The notes under the pieces are model-generated. The model was given only the letters and a program-made list of their open reading frames with translations. It did no database searches and was not told where the DNA came from. From Xanthobacteraceae bacterium (lineage in GTDB: Bacteria > Pseudomonadota > Alphaproteobacteria > Rhizobiales > Xanthobacteraceae), in contig JBEVIJ010000075.1 in the NCBI GenBank assembly GCA_040510745.1, positions 1 through 63,884 of the forward strand: a stretch of DNA of 63,884 nt, read 5' to 3'. This document shows positions 21,848 through 32,194 of this stretch, piece by piece; positions within the stretch are counted from its first letter, which is position 1; each line of letters begins with the position of its first letter. A program made the translations under genes and the position numbers.

Positions 21848-22885
21848 TCAGCTCGCGCTGCCGGATACCTTCCACTTGTCATCCCAGGCCTTCTGTTCCT
21901 TGAGGAACTTGGCGAGGCCCGGATGCACGGCCATACCCGGATTGGCGTTGATGCCTTTTGCCTGCAAGCCGACGAAGTCCTTCGCCATGGTGGAGAAGCC
22001 CGCGTCGATCTTCACCAGTTCGTCCTTCTTGTCATAGAAAGCCTTGACCATCTTGTAGACGGTGGCTTCCGGCATATCGGCGCGGGCGTGATAGGCAAAC
22101 AGGATCGGCACGCCTTGAAGCGTCTTCGGTCCAACGTCCTTGGCGAACGCGCCTTTGGCATCGACGTCCACCACTGCGAGGCCTGCCTTTTGCAGCGCGG
22201 CGACCTCGTCCGGGCAAGGATTGATCACCTTCACCTCGGTGCGGATCTCGGTCTCCTTCCAGTAAGACGAGAGCTGCGAGCCCGACGTGGTGTACGCGAC
22301 CGAGCCAACGATGGTGCCGGCGTCGAGCGCGTCGGCGTTCGCTTTGACGTCGATCTGCACGTGCTTGAAGTCATAGTTGAGCGCCTTGAAGATGCGCTGG
22401 AAGTTCAGCCAGTTCATGAAGCCCGCCGGGGTGAAGAACACCGGTTTGCCGCTGAAGTCCTTCCAGCACTTCATGCCGGCCGCGTTCTTCGCCGTGGTCG
22501 CCATCAGCGATTCCATCGGATAGGCGTACCATGTGTGGACGATCTCCGGCCTCTGCGGCTTGTAGTCCTTGAAGCCGCCGGTGCGCGCCAGGAAATCGGC
22601 AATGCCGATGTCGGCCGTGTAGGCGAGTTCGCCGTTGCCATCCATCACCGCCTTCATGGCGACGGTCGGCGTCGCGTAGGGCGCCACCGTGACGGTGTAT
22701 TCGCCGTCCAGCGCCTGCTCGAGGATCTTCGCCATCGAGGCGGCGATCGTGTAGCCGTAGGAGCCGACCTGCGAGGTGGTCCAGCGCAGCGACTTGCGCT
22801 GCTGCGCGTCGGCGGTCTGCACGCCGGCGAGGCCAATGGCCAGCGCCATCGCGGACACGGTGCAGGTCAAGGCACGTTTGGTCAT
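21848..22885 (-). CDS. TAXI-family TRAP solute receptor
   Basis: signal peptide, TSQVGSYGY, C-terminal VHPGLAKFLKE; GGAGG RBS. Confidence 0.87.
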   Translation of the reverse strand: MTKRALTCTVSAMALAIGLAGVQTADAQQRKSLRWTTSQVGSYGYTIAASMAKILEQALDGEYTVTVAPYATPTVAMKAVMDGNGELAYTADIGIADFLARTGGFKDYKPQRPEIVHTWYAYPMESLMATTAKNAAGMKCWKDFSGKPVFFTPAGFMNWLNFQRIFKALNYDFKHVQIDVKANADALDAGTIVGSVAYTTSGSQLSSYWKETEIRTEVKVINPCPDEVAALQKAGLAVVDVDAKGAFAKDVGPKTLQGVPILFAYHARADMPEATVYKMVKAFYDKKDELVKIDAGFSTMAKDFVGLQAKGINANPGMAVHPGLAKFLKEQKAWDDKWKVSGSAS

Positions 22886-23047
22886 CGTCATTCCTCCCTG
22901 GAGCAGTTTGTTTGAAGCGCAACCCGTCGCCAGCGGCGAAGACTGCGGATCTCGTTTTCGCTTGGATCCATCATCGCCGATGATGGCACCCGCGAACAGC
23001 CTCAATGCCGTGCCGAGCGCGCCGTTCCGCAGGCGGCCGCGGCCCGA

Positions 23048-23076
23048 TTGACAGGTTCGTCGTAACATACTGCAAT
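23048..23076 (+). promoter_or_regulatory. possible sigma70 promoter for the paaG-like gene
   Basis: TTGACA-N17-TGCAAT. Confidence 0.35.
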
Positions 23077-23126
23077 AACTTGGGTTTCCGCCGTGCGTCG
23101 GATTGCCGCCCAAGGAGGGCAAAGGC

Positions 23127-23942
23127 ATGCCAAACGCCATGGACGCTAGCTCGGACGAAAGTCCGATCCTGGTGGAGAAGCGCGACGGCTACCGCATCGT
23201 CACGCTCAACCGGCCGGCGCGGCTCAACGCCTTCACCATCCCGATGCATCAGGTGCTGGCGCGCGAGATCGCCGGCGCCGAAGCGGACAAGACGTGCCGC
23301 GCACTGCTGATCACCGGCACCGGCCGCGCCTTCTCGACCGGACAGGACCTGAACGAGCGCGTCACCGCGGCCGGCGACGTGGTGATCCCCGGCGAGGCGC
23401 TGGAGAAATACTACAATCCTCTCGTGCTCAAGCTGCGCGCGCTGCCCTTCCCCGTGGTCTGCGCGGTGAACGGCATCGCCGCCGGCGCGAGCTGCAACAT
23501 CGCGCTCGGCTGCGACATCGTGATCGCCGCGCGCTCGGCGTCGTTCCTGCAACCGTTTGCGCGCTTGGGGATCATTCCCGATGCCGGCGGCACCTGGCTG
23601 CTGCCGCGCCTGGTCGGCCAGGCGCGCGCCCGCGGCCTCGCACTGCTCGCCGAGCCGATCTCCGCCGAGACGGCGGAGCAATGGGGATTGATCTGGAAGG
23701 TGGTCGACGACGCGGCGCTGATGAGCGAAGCGGAAACGCTGTGCGCGCATTTTGCGACGCAGCCGACCTATGGCTTGGCGCAGATCAAGCGGGCGTTCGA
23801 CGCGGCGGAGGACAACGATCTTTCGACGCAGCTCGACCTTGAACGAAAATTGCAGCGCGAGGCCGGCTCCCATCCGGATTATGCGGAGGGCGTGAAGGCG
23901 TTTCTGGGCAAACGCAAGCCGGTGTTTACGGGAAAGAGATAA
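23127..23942 (+). CDS. paaG: enoyl-CoA hydratase/isomerase, PaaG-like
   Basis: TLNRPARLNAF, AFSTGQDL, YYNPLV, AVNGIAAGA, PDAGGTWLLPRLVG. Confidence 0.8.
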   Translation: MPNAMDASSDESPILVEKRDGYRIVTLNRPARLNAFTIPMHQVLAREIAGAEADKTCRALLITGTGRAFSTGQDLNERVTAAGDVVIPGEALEKYYNPLVLKLRALPFPVVCAVNGIAAGASCNIALGCDIVIAARSASFLQPFARLGIIPDAGGTWLLPRLVGQARARGLALLAEPISAETAEQWGLIWKVVDDAALMSEAETLCAHFATQPTYGLAQIKRAFDAAEDNDLSTQLDLERKLQREAGSHPDYAEGVKAFLGKRKPVFTGKR

Positions 23943-23952
23943 CGCCAATGTT

Positions 23953-24032
23953 CGTAGGGTGGGTTAACGCAGCGAAACCCAACGTGCCCTGCCGATGCAT
24001 GATGGGTTTCGCTTCGCCCAAACTATCCTACG
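23953..24032. repeat. GTAG-type REP doublet
   Basis: CGTAGGGTGGGTT..GCGAAACCCA / TGGGTTTCGC..ATCCTACG inverted pair. Confidence 0.75.
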
Positions 24033-24086
24033 CTCGCTGGCTTGATCATGTTGCCGCAACCACCCTCTACGGAAGAAAACCACTTC

Positions 24087-24160
24087 ATGGAGGTTTTCTT
24101 AGACGAGAGCAGCCAAAACGCGCAGGATTATCTACTGATCGGCGGACTTGCCTTTTGGCT
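24087..24160 (+). pseudogene. DUF3800-like N-terminal fragment
   Basis: MEVFLDESSQNAQDYLLIGGL resembles the (Y/F)xDES..Y(F/L)xxGG start of DUF3800 proteins; plausible coding sequence ends where the structured element begins. Confidence 0.45.
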
Positions 24161-24500
24161 TCGTCAGCCAGGCTCCCGGGAGGCCTCGGGGCCCCGCCCT
24201 ACGGGCACTAAGACCCGTGCGCAGGGAGCCTGCTGGACGGCCCGGGCCGAAGGTCAGGGCTCGCAAGCGCGGCCCGAGGTCAGTGCGGACAAGCGTAACG
24301 CCCCGCACGAAATCGCTGCAAGTGAGCCGGAGATGAAGGAGTCTCCGGTGGCGCGCCAGGTGGCGCCACGCTCTCCGATGAGAGCTTGCACTTGAGACAA
24401 AGGCAGCGCTACTTGGCGCGCCTCTCCCCTCGGTCGGAGGGGAAATTTGGAAGGTCCCGCGAAGAACGCGAGGGCCGAGAACGATCAAGCATGTCTGGAA
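24156..24500 (+). ncRNA. highly structured non-coding element (candidate ncRNA or non-autonomous mobile repeat)
   Basis: at least seven stems, including 24350-24366/24406-24422 with two G-U pairs favouring the + strand. Confidence 0.55.
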
Positions 24501-24535
24501 GGCAAGGAGGCGCGACGTGACGCAACAACTTCAGT

Positions 24536-24607
24536 TGTCGTCCCCGCGAAAGCGGGGACCCAGTAAACACACGTGGCTGCTGGATCCCCGCTTTCGCGGG
24601 GATGACA
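24536..24607. repeat. REP-like palindrome (GTCRTCCCCGCGAAAGCGGGG family)
   Basis: TGTCGTCCCCGCGAAAGCGGGGACCCAG...CTGGATCCCCGCTTTCGCGGGGATGACA. Confidence 0.85.
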
Positions 24608-24654
24608 GCGGAGAATGCGGAGACGAAGGCGAGCGGTGTGACGGCGCAGCCAAG

Positions 24655-25275
24655 CTACGCCCCCAGCCCGCCCTTCTCCTCGATGAACTTCGCGATGTCC
24701 GCGACGCCGTCGCCGCTGCGCAAATTCGTCATCACGAACGGCCGCGCGCCGCGCATCTTCTTGGCGTCGCGCTGCATCACCTCGAGCGAGGCGCCGACGT
24801 GCGGCGCGAGGTCGACCTTGTTGATGACGAGCAGATCGCTGCGCGTGATGCCGGGCCCGCCCTTCGACGGGATCTTGTCGCCGGCCGCGACGTCGATCAC
24901 GTAGATGGTGAGGTCGGCAAGCTCCGGCGAGAACGTCGCCGCGAGGTTGTCGCCGCCGGATTCGATCAGCACCAGGTCGAGCCCGGGGAACTTCTTCCGC
25001 ATGTCGGCGATCGCGGCGAGGTTGATCGAGGCGTCCTCGCGGATCGCGGTGTGCGGGCAGCCGCCGGTCTCGACGCCGGCGATGCGCTCCGCCGCAAGCG
25101 CGCCGGAGCGCACCAGGTATTCGGCGTCCCACTTGGTGTAGATGTCGTTGGTGATCGCCGCGATCTCGAAGCGGTCGCGCAGCCGCTTGCACAGCGCGTC
25201 CATCAGCGCGGTCTTGCCGGAGCCGACCGGCCCGCCGACGCCGACGCGCAGCGGCCCGTGATGCGGTGCGCTCAT
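24655..25275 (-). CDS. ureG: urease accessory GTPase
   Basis: [27 protein letters not shown]. Confidence 0.97.
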   Translation of the reverse strand: MSAPHHGPLRVGVGGPVGSGKTALMDALCKRLRDRFEIAAITNDIYTKWDAEYLVRSGALAAERIAGVETGGCPHTAIREDASINLAAIADMRKKFPGLDLVLIESGGDNLAATFSPELADLTIYVIDVAAGDKIPSKGGPGITRSDLLVINKVDLAPHVGASLEVMQRDAKKMRGARPFVMTNLRSGDGVADIAKFIEEKGGLGA

Positions 25276-26060
25276 GTGCGGAACAACCTCGTGTACTGCG
25301 TCTCGTGTTTCATGCTGGCGATGTCGGCGCGGAACGCGGCGCCGCCGACGTCGTCGAGTTTGCTGCTGAGCGCGCGCAGCGTCGTCGCCGCTGCGACCGG
25401 CTCGAGCGCGGCCAGCAAGCGCTGCCCTTCCGTTTGCCCCAAGGGAATGAGCCGCACGCCGGCCGAGATCAGATTGGCGGTGACGGCATGAAGATAGGCG
25501 TTGAGCGCCGCATCGAGCGCGATGCCGTGGCCGGCCGCCGCGACGCCGACCGCGACGGGATAGGCGACTGCGCCGTCCCAGATTTTGGTGAGGCGGTCGA
25601 GCGCGGCGCACGGCCAGGCCGCGCGGGTCGCCTCGACAAAGGCGCGGCCCTGCGCGGTGGTTTCGAGGTGCCGCTCCTTCGAGGGCGCGAACGCGGCGGC
25701 CAGCTCGGCAACGTCGTGCAGCGCCTTGTCGTTGTTGCCGGCAATCGCACGGTGTGCATGGACGAGGAACACCGCGTCGCAGAATGCGCCGCCCTCGCCG
25801 ATCACGACGGCAAGCCACCGCCGCAAGCTCTCGGCATCCCTGATGTCGCTGGCCTCAATCGCCCATTCGAGCCCGCTGGAATAGGAGAACGCGCCGACCG
25901 GATAGGCCGGCGACAGCCATGCCATCAGGCGATAGAGCGCGGCGGACTCTTGGCGCCCCTGTTGCTTCGCCTCATGGTGAGGAGCGCTGCGCAGCGCCGC
26001 GTCTCGCACCACGAGGCGGCCCTTCTGTCGCAGCAGCGCAACCTTCTTCTTACGAGCCAT
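25272..26060 (-). CDS. ureF: urease accessory protein
   Basis: [19 protein letters not shown]-terminal [11 protein letters not shown]. Confidence 0.95.
   Translation of the reverse strand: MARKKKVALLRQKGRLVVRDAALRSAPHHEAKQQGRQESAALYRLMAWLSPAYPVGAFSYSSGLEWAIEASDIRDAESLRRWLAVVIGEGGAFCDAVFLVHAHRAIAGNNDKALHDVAELAAAFAPSKERHLETTAQGRAFVEATRAAWPCAALDRLTKIWDGAVAYPVAVGVAAAGHGIALDAALNAYLHAVTANLISAGVRLIPLGQTEGQRLLAALEPVAAATTLRALSSKLDDVGGAAFRADIASMKHETQYTRLFRT
25969..26017. repeat. palindromic repeat inside the ureF 5' coding region
   Basis: GCCTCATGGTGAGGAGCGC..GCGTCTCGCACCACGAGGC imperfect inverted repeat. Confidence 0.7.
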
Positions 26061-26541
26061 GATCGTGCTCGTGATCGTGACCATGCTCGTGGTCATGGCC
26101 GTGATCGTGTCCATGCGCCGGCGCACCGCTCTCCGGATCGAACGGCGCCTCGATCGACGTCACGCTTGCGCCGAGCCCGACGACCATCTGCTCCAGCACA
26201 TGATCGCGCCGGATGCGCAGCGTGTTGCCGGCGATCTGCACGTCCGTGTGGCGGTTGCCGAGGTGCCAGGCAAGCTGCACCAGCGCGAGCGGCGTCCGCG
26301 CGGCGATCTCGGCGAGCTGCTCAGCCTGGCTGGCGATCATGACGATCGACCCGTCATCCAGCACGATGCCGTCGCCGTTGCGAAGCGCCACCGGCTCATC
26401 GAGATCGAGCAGGAACGGACCTTTCTCGCCGGTCAGCACGATGCGGCGGCGATGCCGGTCACCGGAATCGAGCAGCACCTGGTCGACCGCCATCGCGGGG
26501 TTCCAGTTGCCCGCCCGGCAGATCGCCCAGCCGCGCTTCAC
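26050..26541 (-). CDS. ureE: urease accessory Ni chaperone
   Basis: DRHRRR, AWHLGNRH, APFDPESGA, His-rich tail; GTG start after GAGG. Confidence 0.94.
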   Translation of the reverse strand: MKRGWAICRAGNWNPAMAVDQVLLDSGDRHRRRIVLTGEKGPFLLDLDEPVALRNGDGIVLDDGSIVMIASQAEQLAEIAARTPLALVQLAWHLGNRHTDVQIAGNTLRIRRDHVLEQMVVGLGASVTSIEAPFDPESGAPAHGHDHGHDHEHGHDHEHDHGS

Positions 26542-26562
26542 AGGGACCTCGCACTTTTCATG

Positions 26563-26612
26563 GGCGCATGATCTTGTCCGAAAACCGATACCCACTTTTC
26601 GGGTCATGCGCC
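26563..26612. repeat. Rhizobiales RIME/Bru-RS-like palindrome
   Basis: GGCGCATGATCTTGTCCGAAAACCGATACCCACTTTTCGGGTCATGCGCC. Confidence 0.7.
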
Positions 26613-26651
26613 GGCGCCCATAATGCACGGGAGGAATTCCAGGAGATCATC

Positions 26652-27140
26652 ATGCCGCAGCCTACCACGCCCAAACCCAAATATTCAGCCGCCGGCGAAG
26701 GCACCGTCTACGCGCGCGCCAACACCGCGACCTGCAAGGTCACCGCCGCCGACACCGACGGCACCTACGAGATATTCGACGAGATCTGCAAGCCCGGCTT
26801 CGAGTCGCGGCTCCACATGCACGTCAAGTCGTTCCAGGTCTGCTACGTGGTCGACGGCTCCGGGGAATTCCAGCTCGGCGACGAGGTGTTCCACGCCAAG
26901 AAGGGCGCCTGCGTCAACATCCCGCCCGGCACGCCGCACAAGGTCGGCTCCAAGGAAGGCATGCGCATGCTGATGGTGTACTCGCCTCCCGGCCTGGAGG
27001 GCATGATGGCGGCGATGAAGGCGCTCTCGCCGGAACAGCTCAAGGATGGCGCGCTGACGTCGAAAATCCTCGCGAACTACGACACCGTCGTGCTGGGCGA
27101 AGGCCAGGGCAGCAAGGGCTCGGGGAGCGTGTTGGGGTGA
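26652..27140 (+). CDS. cupin domain protein
   Basis: HMHVKSFQVCYVVDGSG..GACVNIPPGTPH cupin motifs; AGGAG RBS. Confidence 0.85.
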   Translation: MPQPTTPKPKYSAAGEGTVYARANTATCKVTAADTDGTYEIFDEICKPGFESRLHMHVKSFQVCYVVDGSGEFQLGDEVFHAKKGACVNIPPGTPHKVGSKEGMRMLMVYSPPGLEGMMAAMKALSPEQLKDGALTSKILANYDTVVLGEGQGSKGSGSVLG

Positions 27141-27181
27141 TGGAAGTTTCACTCGGTTGTCATGCCGGCCGAATTCTCGAT

Positions 27182-27255
27182 TGTCATGCTCCGCGAAAGC
27201 GGGGCATCCAGTAACCTCTGTGTTGACTGGGGTCCTCGCTTTCGCGGGGACGACA
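27182..27255. repeat. REP-like palindrome (same family as 24536-24607)
   Basis: TGTCATGCTCCGCGAAAGCGGGGCATCCAG...GGTCCTCGCTTTCGCGGGGACGACA. Confidence 0.8.
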
Positions 27256-27262
27256 GCTGGAA

Positions 27263-28972
27263 TCAAAACAGGAAATACCGTTGCGCCATCGGCAGCACTT
27301 CGGCGGGCGCGCAGGTGAGCAATTCGCCGTCGGCACGGACTTCGTAAGTTTCCGCGTCGATCTCGATATTCGGCGTCGCGCTGTTGTGGATCATGTTCTT
27401 CTTTCCGATGTCGCGCGTGTGCTCGACCGCGACCAGCGTTTTCTCCACACCGAGCCTGTCGCCGAGCTTCGCCTTCACCGCGGCCTTGGAGACGAACACC
27501 AGCGACGACGCGGTCAGCGCCTTGCCGAACGCGCCGAACATCGGCCGGTAGTGCACCGGCTGCGGCGTCGGGATTGAGGCGTTGGGATCGCCCATCGGCG
27601 CCGCCACGATGGTGCCGCCCTTGATGATGCAGTCCGGCTTCACGCCGAAGAACGCCGGCGTCCACAGCACCAGGTCGGCGAGCTTGCCCTTCTCCACCGA
27701 GCCGATGTGCTTCGACACGCCGTGCGCGATCGCCGGATTGATGGTGTACTTGGCGACGTAGCGGCGCGCGCGCATGTTGTCGTTGTCGCTCTTGTCTTTC
27801 TTGAGGCGCCCGCGCTGCTTCTTCATCTTGTTTGCGGTCTGCCAGGTCCGGATGATGACCTCGCCGAGCCGGCCCATCGCCTGGCTGTCGGACGACATCA
27901 TGGAGAGCGCGCCGAGATCGTGGAGGATGTCCTCCGCGGCGATCGTCTCCTTGCGGATGCGGCTCTCGGCGAACGCCAGATCCTCGGCGATCGACGGGTC
28001 GAGGTGGTGGCACACCATCAGCATGTCGAGATGCTCGTCGATGGTGTTGCGGGTGAACGGCCGCGTCGGATTGGTCGAGGACGGCAGCACGTTCTTGAGG
28101 CCAGCGACCTTCATGATGTCGGGCGCGTGGCCACCGCCGGCGCCTTCGGTGTGGAAGGCGTGAATGGTGCGGCCCTTGAACGCCTTGATGGTGTCCTCGA
28201 CGAAACCGCTTTCGTTCAGCGTGTCGGTGTGGATCATTACCTGCACGTCGTAGTCGTCGGCGACCGACAGGCAGTTGTCGATCGCAGCCGGCGTGGTGCC
28301 CCAGTCCTCGTGCAGCTTGAGCGCGCAGGCGCCGCCCTTGACCATTTCCTCGAGCGCCGCGGGCAACGAGGCGTTGCCCTTGCCGGCGAAGCCGAGGTTG
28401 ACCGGGAACGCATCCGCCGCCTGGATCATGCGGCCGAGATGCCACGACCCCGGCGTGCAGGTGGTGGCGAACGTGCCGTGCGCCGGTCCGGTGCCGCCGC
28501 CAAGCAGCGAGGTCACGCCGGACATCAGCGCATCGTCGACCTGCTGCGGACAGATGAAATGGATGTGCGTGTCGAAACCGCCGGCGGTGAGGATTTTTCC
28601 TTCGCCCGCGATGATCTCGGTGCCTGGGCCGATGACGATGGTGACGCCCGGCTGAATGTCCGGATTGCCCGCCTTGCCGATCGCAGCGATGCGGCCCTCC
28701 TTCAGGCCGACGTCGGCCTTCACGATGCCCCAGTGGTCGAGGATCAGCGCGTTGGTGATGACGGTGTCGGCCGCGCCCTTCTTGTTGGTGACCTGGCTCT
28801 GCCCCATGCCGTCCCGGATCACCTTGCCGCCGCCGAATTTCACCTCCTCGCCGTAGATGGTGAAATCCTTCTCGACCTCGATGATGAGATCGGTGTCGGC
28901 CAATCGCACGCGATCGCCGGTGGTCGGCCCAAACATGTCTGCATAAGTCGAGCGCTTTATTTTGACGGACAT
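27263..28972 (-). CDS. ureC: urease subunit alpha
   Basis: [40 protein letters not shown]. Confidence 0.98.
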   Translation of the reverse strand: MSVKIKRSTYADMFGPTTGDRVRLADTDLIIEVEKDFTIYGEEVKFGGGKVIRDGMGQSQVTNKKGAADTVITNALILDHWGIVKADVGLKEGRIAAIGKAGNPDIQPGVTIVIGPGTEIIAGEGKILTAGGFDTHIHFICPQQVDDALMSGVTSLLGGGTGPAHGTFATTCTPGSWHLGRMIQAADAFPVNLGFAGKGNASLPAALEEMVKGGACALKLHEDWGTTPAAIDNCLSVADDYDVQVMIHTDTLNESGFVEDTIKAFKGRTIHAFHTEGAGGGHAPDIMKVAGLKNVLPSSTNPTRPFTRNTIDEHLDMLMVCHHLDPSIAEDLAFAESRIRKETIAAEDILHDLGALSMMSSDSQAMGRLGEVIIRTWQTANKMKKQRGRLKKDKSDNDNMRARRYVAKYTINPAIAHGVSKHIGSVEKGKLADLVLWTPAFFGVKPDCIIKGGTIVAAPMGDPNASIPTPQPVHYRPMFGAFGKALTASSLVFVSKAAVKAKLGDRLGVEKTLVAVEHTRDIGKKNMIHNSATPNIEIDAETYEVRADGELLTCAPAEVLPMAQRYFLF

Positions 28973-29281
28973 GATTTTTCTCGCGATATCTCAGATGGCT
29001 ACCGGATTAATCCCCAGAATTATCAACACGCGCGGGCGAACCGCATTACCGCGCGCTTTTGCTTGCTTCGCTTCGCCGCCGCGCTATCCTCTTTCCCAGA
29101 TGCTCACGTTCGGTTCGCCGAGTGTGAGGGTCGCCAAGACCAGACCGGTCTGGGTGCTGAGGCCGCTACCAGCATCGCACCATGTGATCGATTTGATCTC
29201 GGTTTTCAGCAGCGGTAGCAGCGCTGGAAACGTGACGGGCGGGCGCAAGCTCGCCCGTCATGATTCTTACGCTACCTTTCG

Positions 29282-29593
29282 CTACCTTTTAAGTTTCCCC
29301 ATCACCTCGCCCCTGAATCCGTAGACCGTGCGCGAGCCTGCGAGCGCGACCAGCGTCACGTCCCGAGTCTGGCCGGGCTCGAAGCGCACCGCGGTACCGG
29401 CCGCGATGTCGAGCCGCATGCCGCGCGCTTTTTTGCGCTCGAACCTCAACGCGGGGTTGGTTTCGAAAAAATGATAGTGCGAGCCGACCTGGATCGGCCG
29501 GTCGCCGGTGTTGGCGACGGTCAGCGTCACGGTCTTGCGGCCCTTGTTGAGCTCGATCTCGCCATCTTTGATGAAGAGTTCGCCGGGGATCAT
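29282..29593 (-). CDS. ureB: urease subunit beta
   Basis: [27 protein letters not shown]. Confidence 0.97.
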   Translation of the reverse strand: MIPGELFIKDGEIELNKGRKTVTLTVANTGDRPIQVGSHYHFFETNPALRFERKKARGMRLDIAAGTAVRFEPGQTRDVTLVALAGSRTVYGFRGEVMGKLKR

Positions 29594-29597
29594 TGGC

Positions 29598-29900
29598 TCA
29601 CCTGATCGGTTCGTGGACAGTCACCAGCTTGGTGCCGTCGGGGAATGTCGCCTCGACCTGGATGTCGTGGATCATCTCAGGGATGCCGTCCATCACCTGC
29701 GCGCGGGTGATGACATGCGCGCCCGCCTCCATGAGCTGCGCCACCGTCTTGCCGTCGCGCGCGCCCTCCAGGATGAAGTCGGTGATCAGCGCCACCGCCT
29801 CGGGATGGTTGAGCTTGACGCCGCGCTCCAGCCGCCGGCGCGCAACCATCGCGGCCATGGCGATCAGCAGCTTGTCCTTTTCGCGCGGCGTGAGATTCAT
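29598..29900 (-). CDS. ureA: urease subunit gamma
   Basis: [31 protein letters not shown]. Confidence 0.97.
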   Translation of the reverse strand: MNLTPREKDKLLIAMAAMVARRRLERGVKLNHPEAVALITDFILEGARDGKTVAQLMEAGAHVITRAQVMDGIPEMIHDIQVEATFPDGTKLVTVHEPIR

Positions 29901-29907
29901 CGTCGCC

Positions 29908-30729
29908 TCAGTTCAGCCAGAGCCGCGGCAGCTCGCCGCCGAGCGCGGTGAGCACGGCTGCCAGATCGCCGCGCAGGCCCGCACCATCCTTGGCGCAGAG
30001 CCGCGCCACCGCAAGCCCGTTCCAGGCGGAGATGCCGACTTCTCCAAAAAAACTCGAGGCGCGGACGCGCTCAACCGCGGCTTCGCCGACCGGCGAAGCG
30101 AGCACGGTCGCAATCGCGGCGGTTCCGTTCGCCACCGCGGATTCTCCAAGCCTTTCCGCGATCGGACCATCGAGCCGCGCGGTTTCGGCGAAGACAAGCC
30201 TCCCGTCACGCCGAAATCGCCAATGGTCGCTCAGCAGACCGTGCCGCACCTGCTCGCCCATCGCCGAGCGGCCGAACACCACGGCCTCGGCCATCAGCAG
30301 CGACGCGTCACCGATCAGATCGACTTCGATCCGGCGGCGCAGGCTGGCGCGATCGAACAGAATGGTTTCCTGGGGAAGCCAGCGAAGTTGCGCGCCAGCT
30401 TCGGCGCGGAGCCTGACACCGATGTCCGCCGGCGGGCCGAGCGAGCGATAGACCTTCTCGGCGGCCGCGGTGGTGACCGCAAGTCGCGCGCCGTGTCCGA
30501 GGGAAATATCGAGCCGATGCCGGTCCCCCCCGGCAATGCCGCCCGCTGTGTTGACGATCATGGCTTCGAGGATCGAGCTGTCCGGCCGCGGAAACCGCAC
30601 GCGCAGCGGGCCGTCCTCGCCGACCCGAACGCGCCGCGTCACGCCGCCCTGCGCGCTGACTTCGAGCGCAATATGGCCGGCGGCGCGGTTGGCAGCGAAT
30701 ATCCTGTTCAACGCGGATGCAGCCGGCAC
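29908..30729 (-). CDS. ureD: urease accessory protein
   Basis: [32 protein letters not shown]; GTG start after AGGAG. Confidence 0.93.
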   Translation of the reverse strand: MPAASALNRIFAANRAAGHIALEVSAQGGVTRRVRVGEDGPLRVRFPRPDSSILEAMIVNTAGGIAGGDRHRLDISLGHGARLAVTTAAAEKVYRSLGPPADIGVRLRAEAGAQLRWLPQETILFDRASLRRRIEVDLIGDASLLMAEAVVFGRSAMGEQVRHGLLSDHWRFRRDGRLVFAETARLDGPIAERLGESAVANGTAAIATVLASPVGEAAVERVRASSFFGEVGISAWNGLAVARLCAKDGAGLRGDLAAVLTALGGELPRLWLN

Positions 30730-30739
30730 GCAACCGCTC

Positions 30740-31435
30740 CTAGATTGCCATCGCTCGCTTGAGCGCGGCCTCATCCATGCTCGCCTTCTCGGAAGAATAG
30801 ACGATAGCGCCGCGATCCATCACCACAAATCGGTCGCCAAGCTCGCTTGCAAAGTCGAGGTATTGCTCGACCAGGACAATAGCCATCTTGCCAAGACCAC
30901 GCAGATATGTGATCGCGCGGCCGATATCCTTGATGATTGAAGGCTGGATGCCTTCGGTCGGCTCATCGAGCAGCAGAAGACGCGGCCGCATCACCAGCGC
31001 GCGCCCGATCGCGAGCTGCTGCTGCTGACCGCCCGACAAGTCCCCGCCACGCCGCCGCAGCATGTCGTGCAGCACCGGAAACAGCGAAAACACATCGTCG
31101 GGAATGCCACGCTGATCGCGGGGCAGCGGCGCGAAGCCGGACTTGAGATTTTCTTCAACCGTCAACAGGGGAAAGATCTCACGGCCTTGCGGCACATAGG
31201 CGATGCCCCGGCGCGCCCGCTCGTAAGGCTTGAGCCTGGTGGCGTCCTCGCCCTCCCACACGATCGAACCGGCGCTCACCGGCTGCTGGCCTGCCAGCGC
31301 GTCGAGCAGGCTCGTCTTGCCGACGCCGTTGCGGCCGAGCACGCAGGTCACCTCGCCGACCTTGGCCTGCAGCGATACGCCACGCAACGCCTGTGCGGCG
31401 CCGTAGTGCAGATCGATTGCTTGAACGTCCATCAT
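30740..31435 (-). CDS. urtE: urea ABC ATP-binding protein
   Basis: GRNGVGKT, LSGGQQQQLAIGRAL, DEPTEGIQPSII. Confidence 0.93.
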   Translation of the reverse strand: MMDVQAIDLHYGAAQALRGVSLQAKVGEVTCVLGRNGVGKTSLLDALAGQQPVSAGSIVWEGEDATRLKPYERARRGIAYVPQGREIFPLLTVEENLKSGFAPLPRDQRGIPDDVFSLFPVLHDMLRRRGGDLSGGQQQQLAIGRALVMRPRLLLLDEPTEGIQPSIIKDIGRAITYLRGLGKMAIVLVEQYLDFASELGDRFVVMDRGAIVYSSEKASMDEAALKRAMAI

Positions 31436-31437
31436 CG

Positions 31438-32190
31438 CTATCGTCCCAAATACACTTCGATCACGCGCTCGGTCGCCGACACCTGGTCGATGGTCCCCTC
31501 GGCAATTGCAGTGCCTTCATGCAGACATGTCACCTTGACCCCGAGTTCGCGGACGAACGTCATATCGTGCTCCACGACGATGACGGTCTTGTCGCGGTTG
31601 ATTTCCTTGAGAAGCTCTGCGGTCTGCTGCGTTTCGACATCGGTCATGCCGGCGACCGGCTCGTCGACCAGCAGGAGCTTGGGCTCCTGAGCGAGCAGCA
31701 TTCCGATCTCGAGCCACTGCTTTTGGCCGTGGGCGAGGCTGCCGGCCGGCCGGTTGCGCATCGCGCCGAGCCGAATGGTTTCGAGAATGTCGCCGACGCG
31801 CCGCATTTCATCGTTGGTTTCATGCCATCGCAGCGTGGCACGGGGCCTGCGATCGTTCTTGAGCGCAAGGAGGAGATTGTCCTCCACGGTGTGCATCTCG
31901 AACACCGTGGGCTTTTGGAATTTGCGTCCGATACCGAGCGTGGCGATCTGCGTTTCGTCGAGCTTGGTCAGGTCGTGACTACCCTCGAAGAACACATCTC
32001 CGCTGTCGGGCCGTGTCTTGCCTGTGACGATGTCCATCATCGTGGTCTTGCCCGCACCGTTCGGACCGATGATGGCGCGCATTTCGCCGGGCTCAACTGT
32101 CAGCGACAGATTGTTGATGGCGCGGAAGCCGTCGAACGACACGTTGACCCCGTTGAGATAAAGCAGGGCCGTGGTGGTGCGCGCGTCCAT
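31438..32190 (-). CDS. urtD: urea ABC ATP-binding protein
   Basis: VSFDGFRA, GIGRKFQKP, HGQKQWLEIGM. Confidence 0.93.
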   Translation of the reverse strand: MDARTTTALLYLNGVNVSFDGFRAINNLSLTVEPGEMRAIIGPNGAGKTTMMDIVTGKTRPDSGDVFFEGSHDLTKLDETQIATLGIGRKFQKPTVFEMHTVEDNLLLALKNDRRPRATLRWHETNDEMRRVGDILETIRLGAMRNRPAGSLAHGQKQWLEIGMLLAQEPKLLLVDEPVAGMTDVETQQTAELLKEINRDKTVIVVEHDMTFVRELGVKVTCLHEGTAIAEGTIDQVSATERVIEVYLGR

Positions 32191-32194
32191 CGTC

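Noticed and set aside
20060-22915. 951-aa plus-strand ORF
   Set aside because: Antisense to TRAP permease/receptor; Arg/His-rich shadow ORF
24655-25818. 387-aa extended UreG
   Set aside because: Upstream part overlaps ureF out of frame; start at 25275
15772-27255. Palindromic repeats as a CRISPR array
   Set aside because: Dispersed, non-identical, no regular spacers and no cas genes
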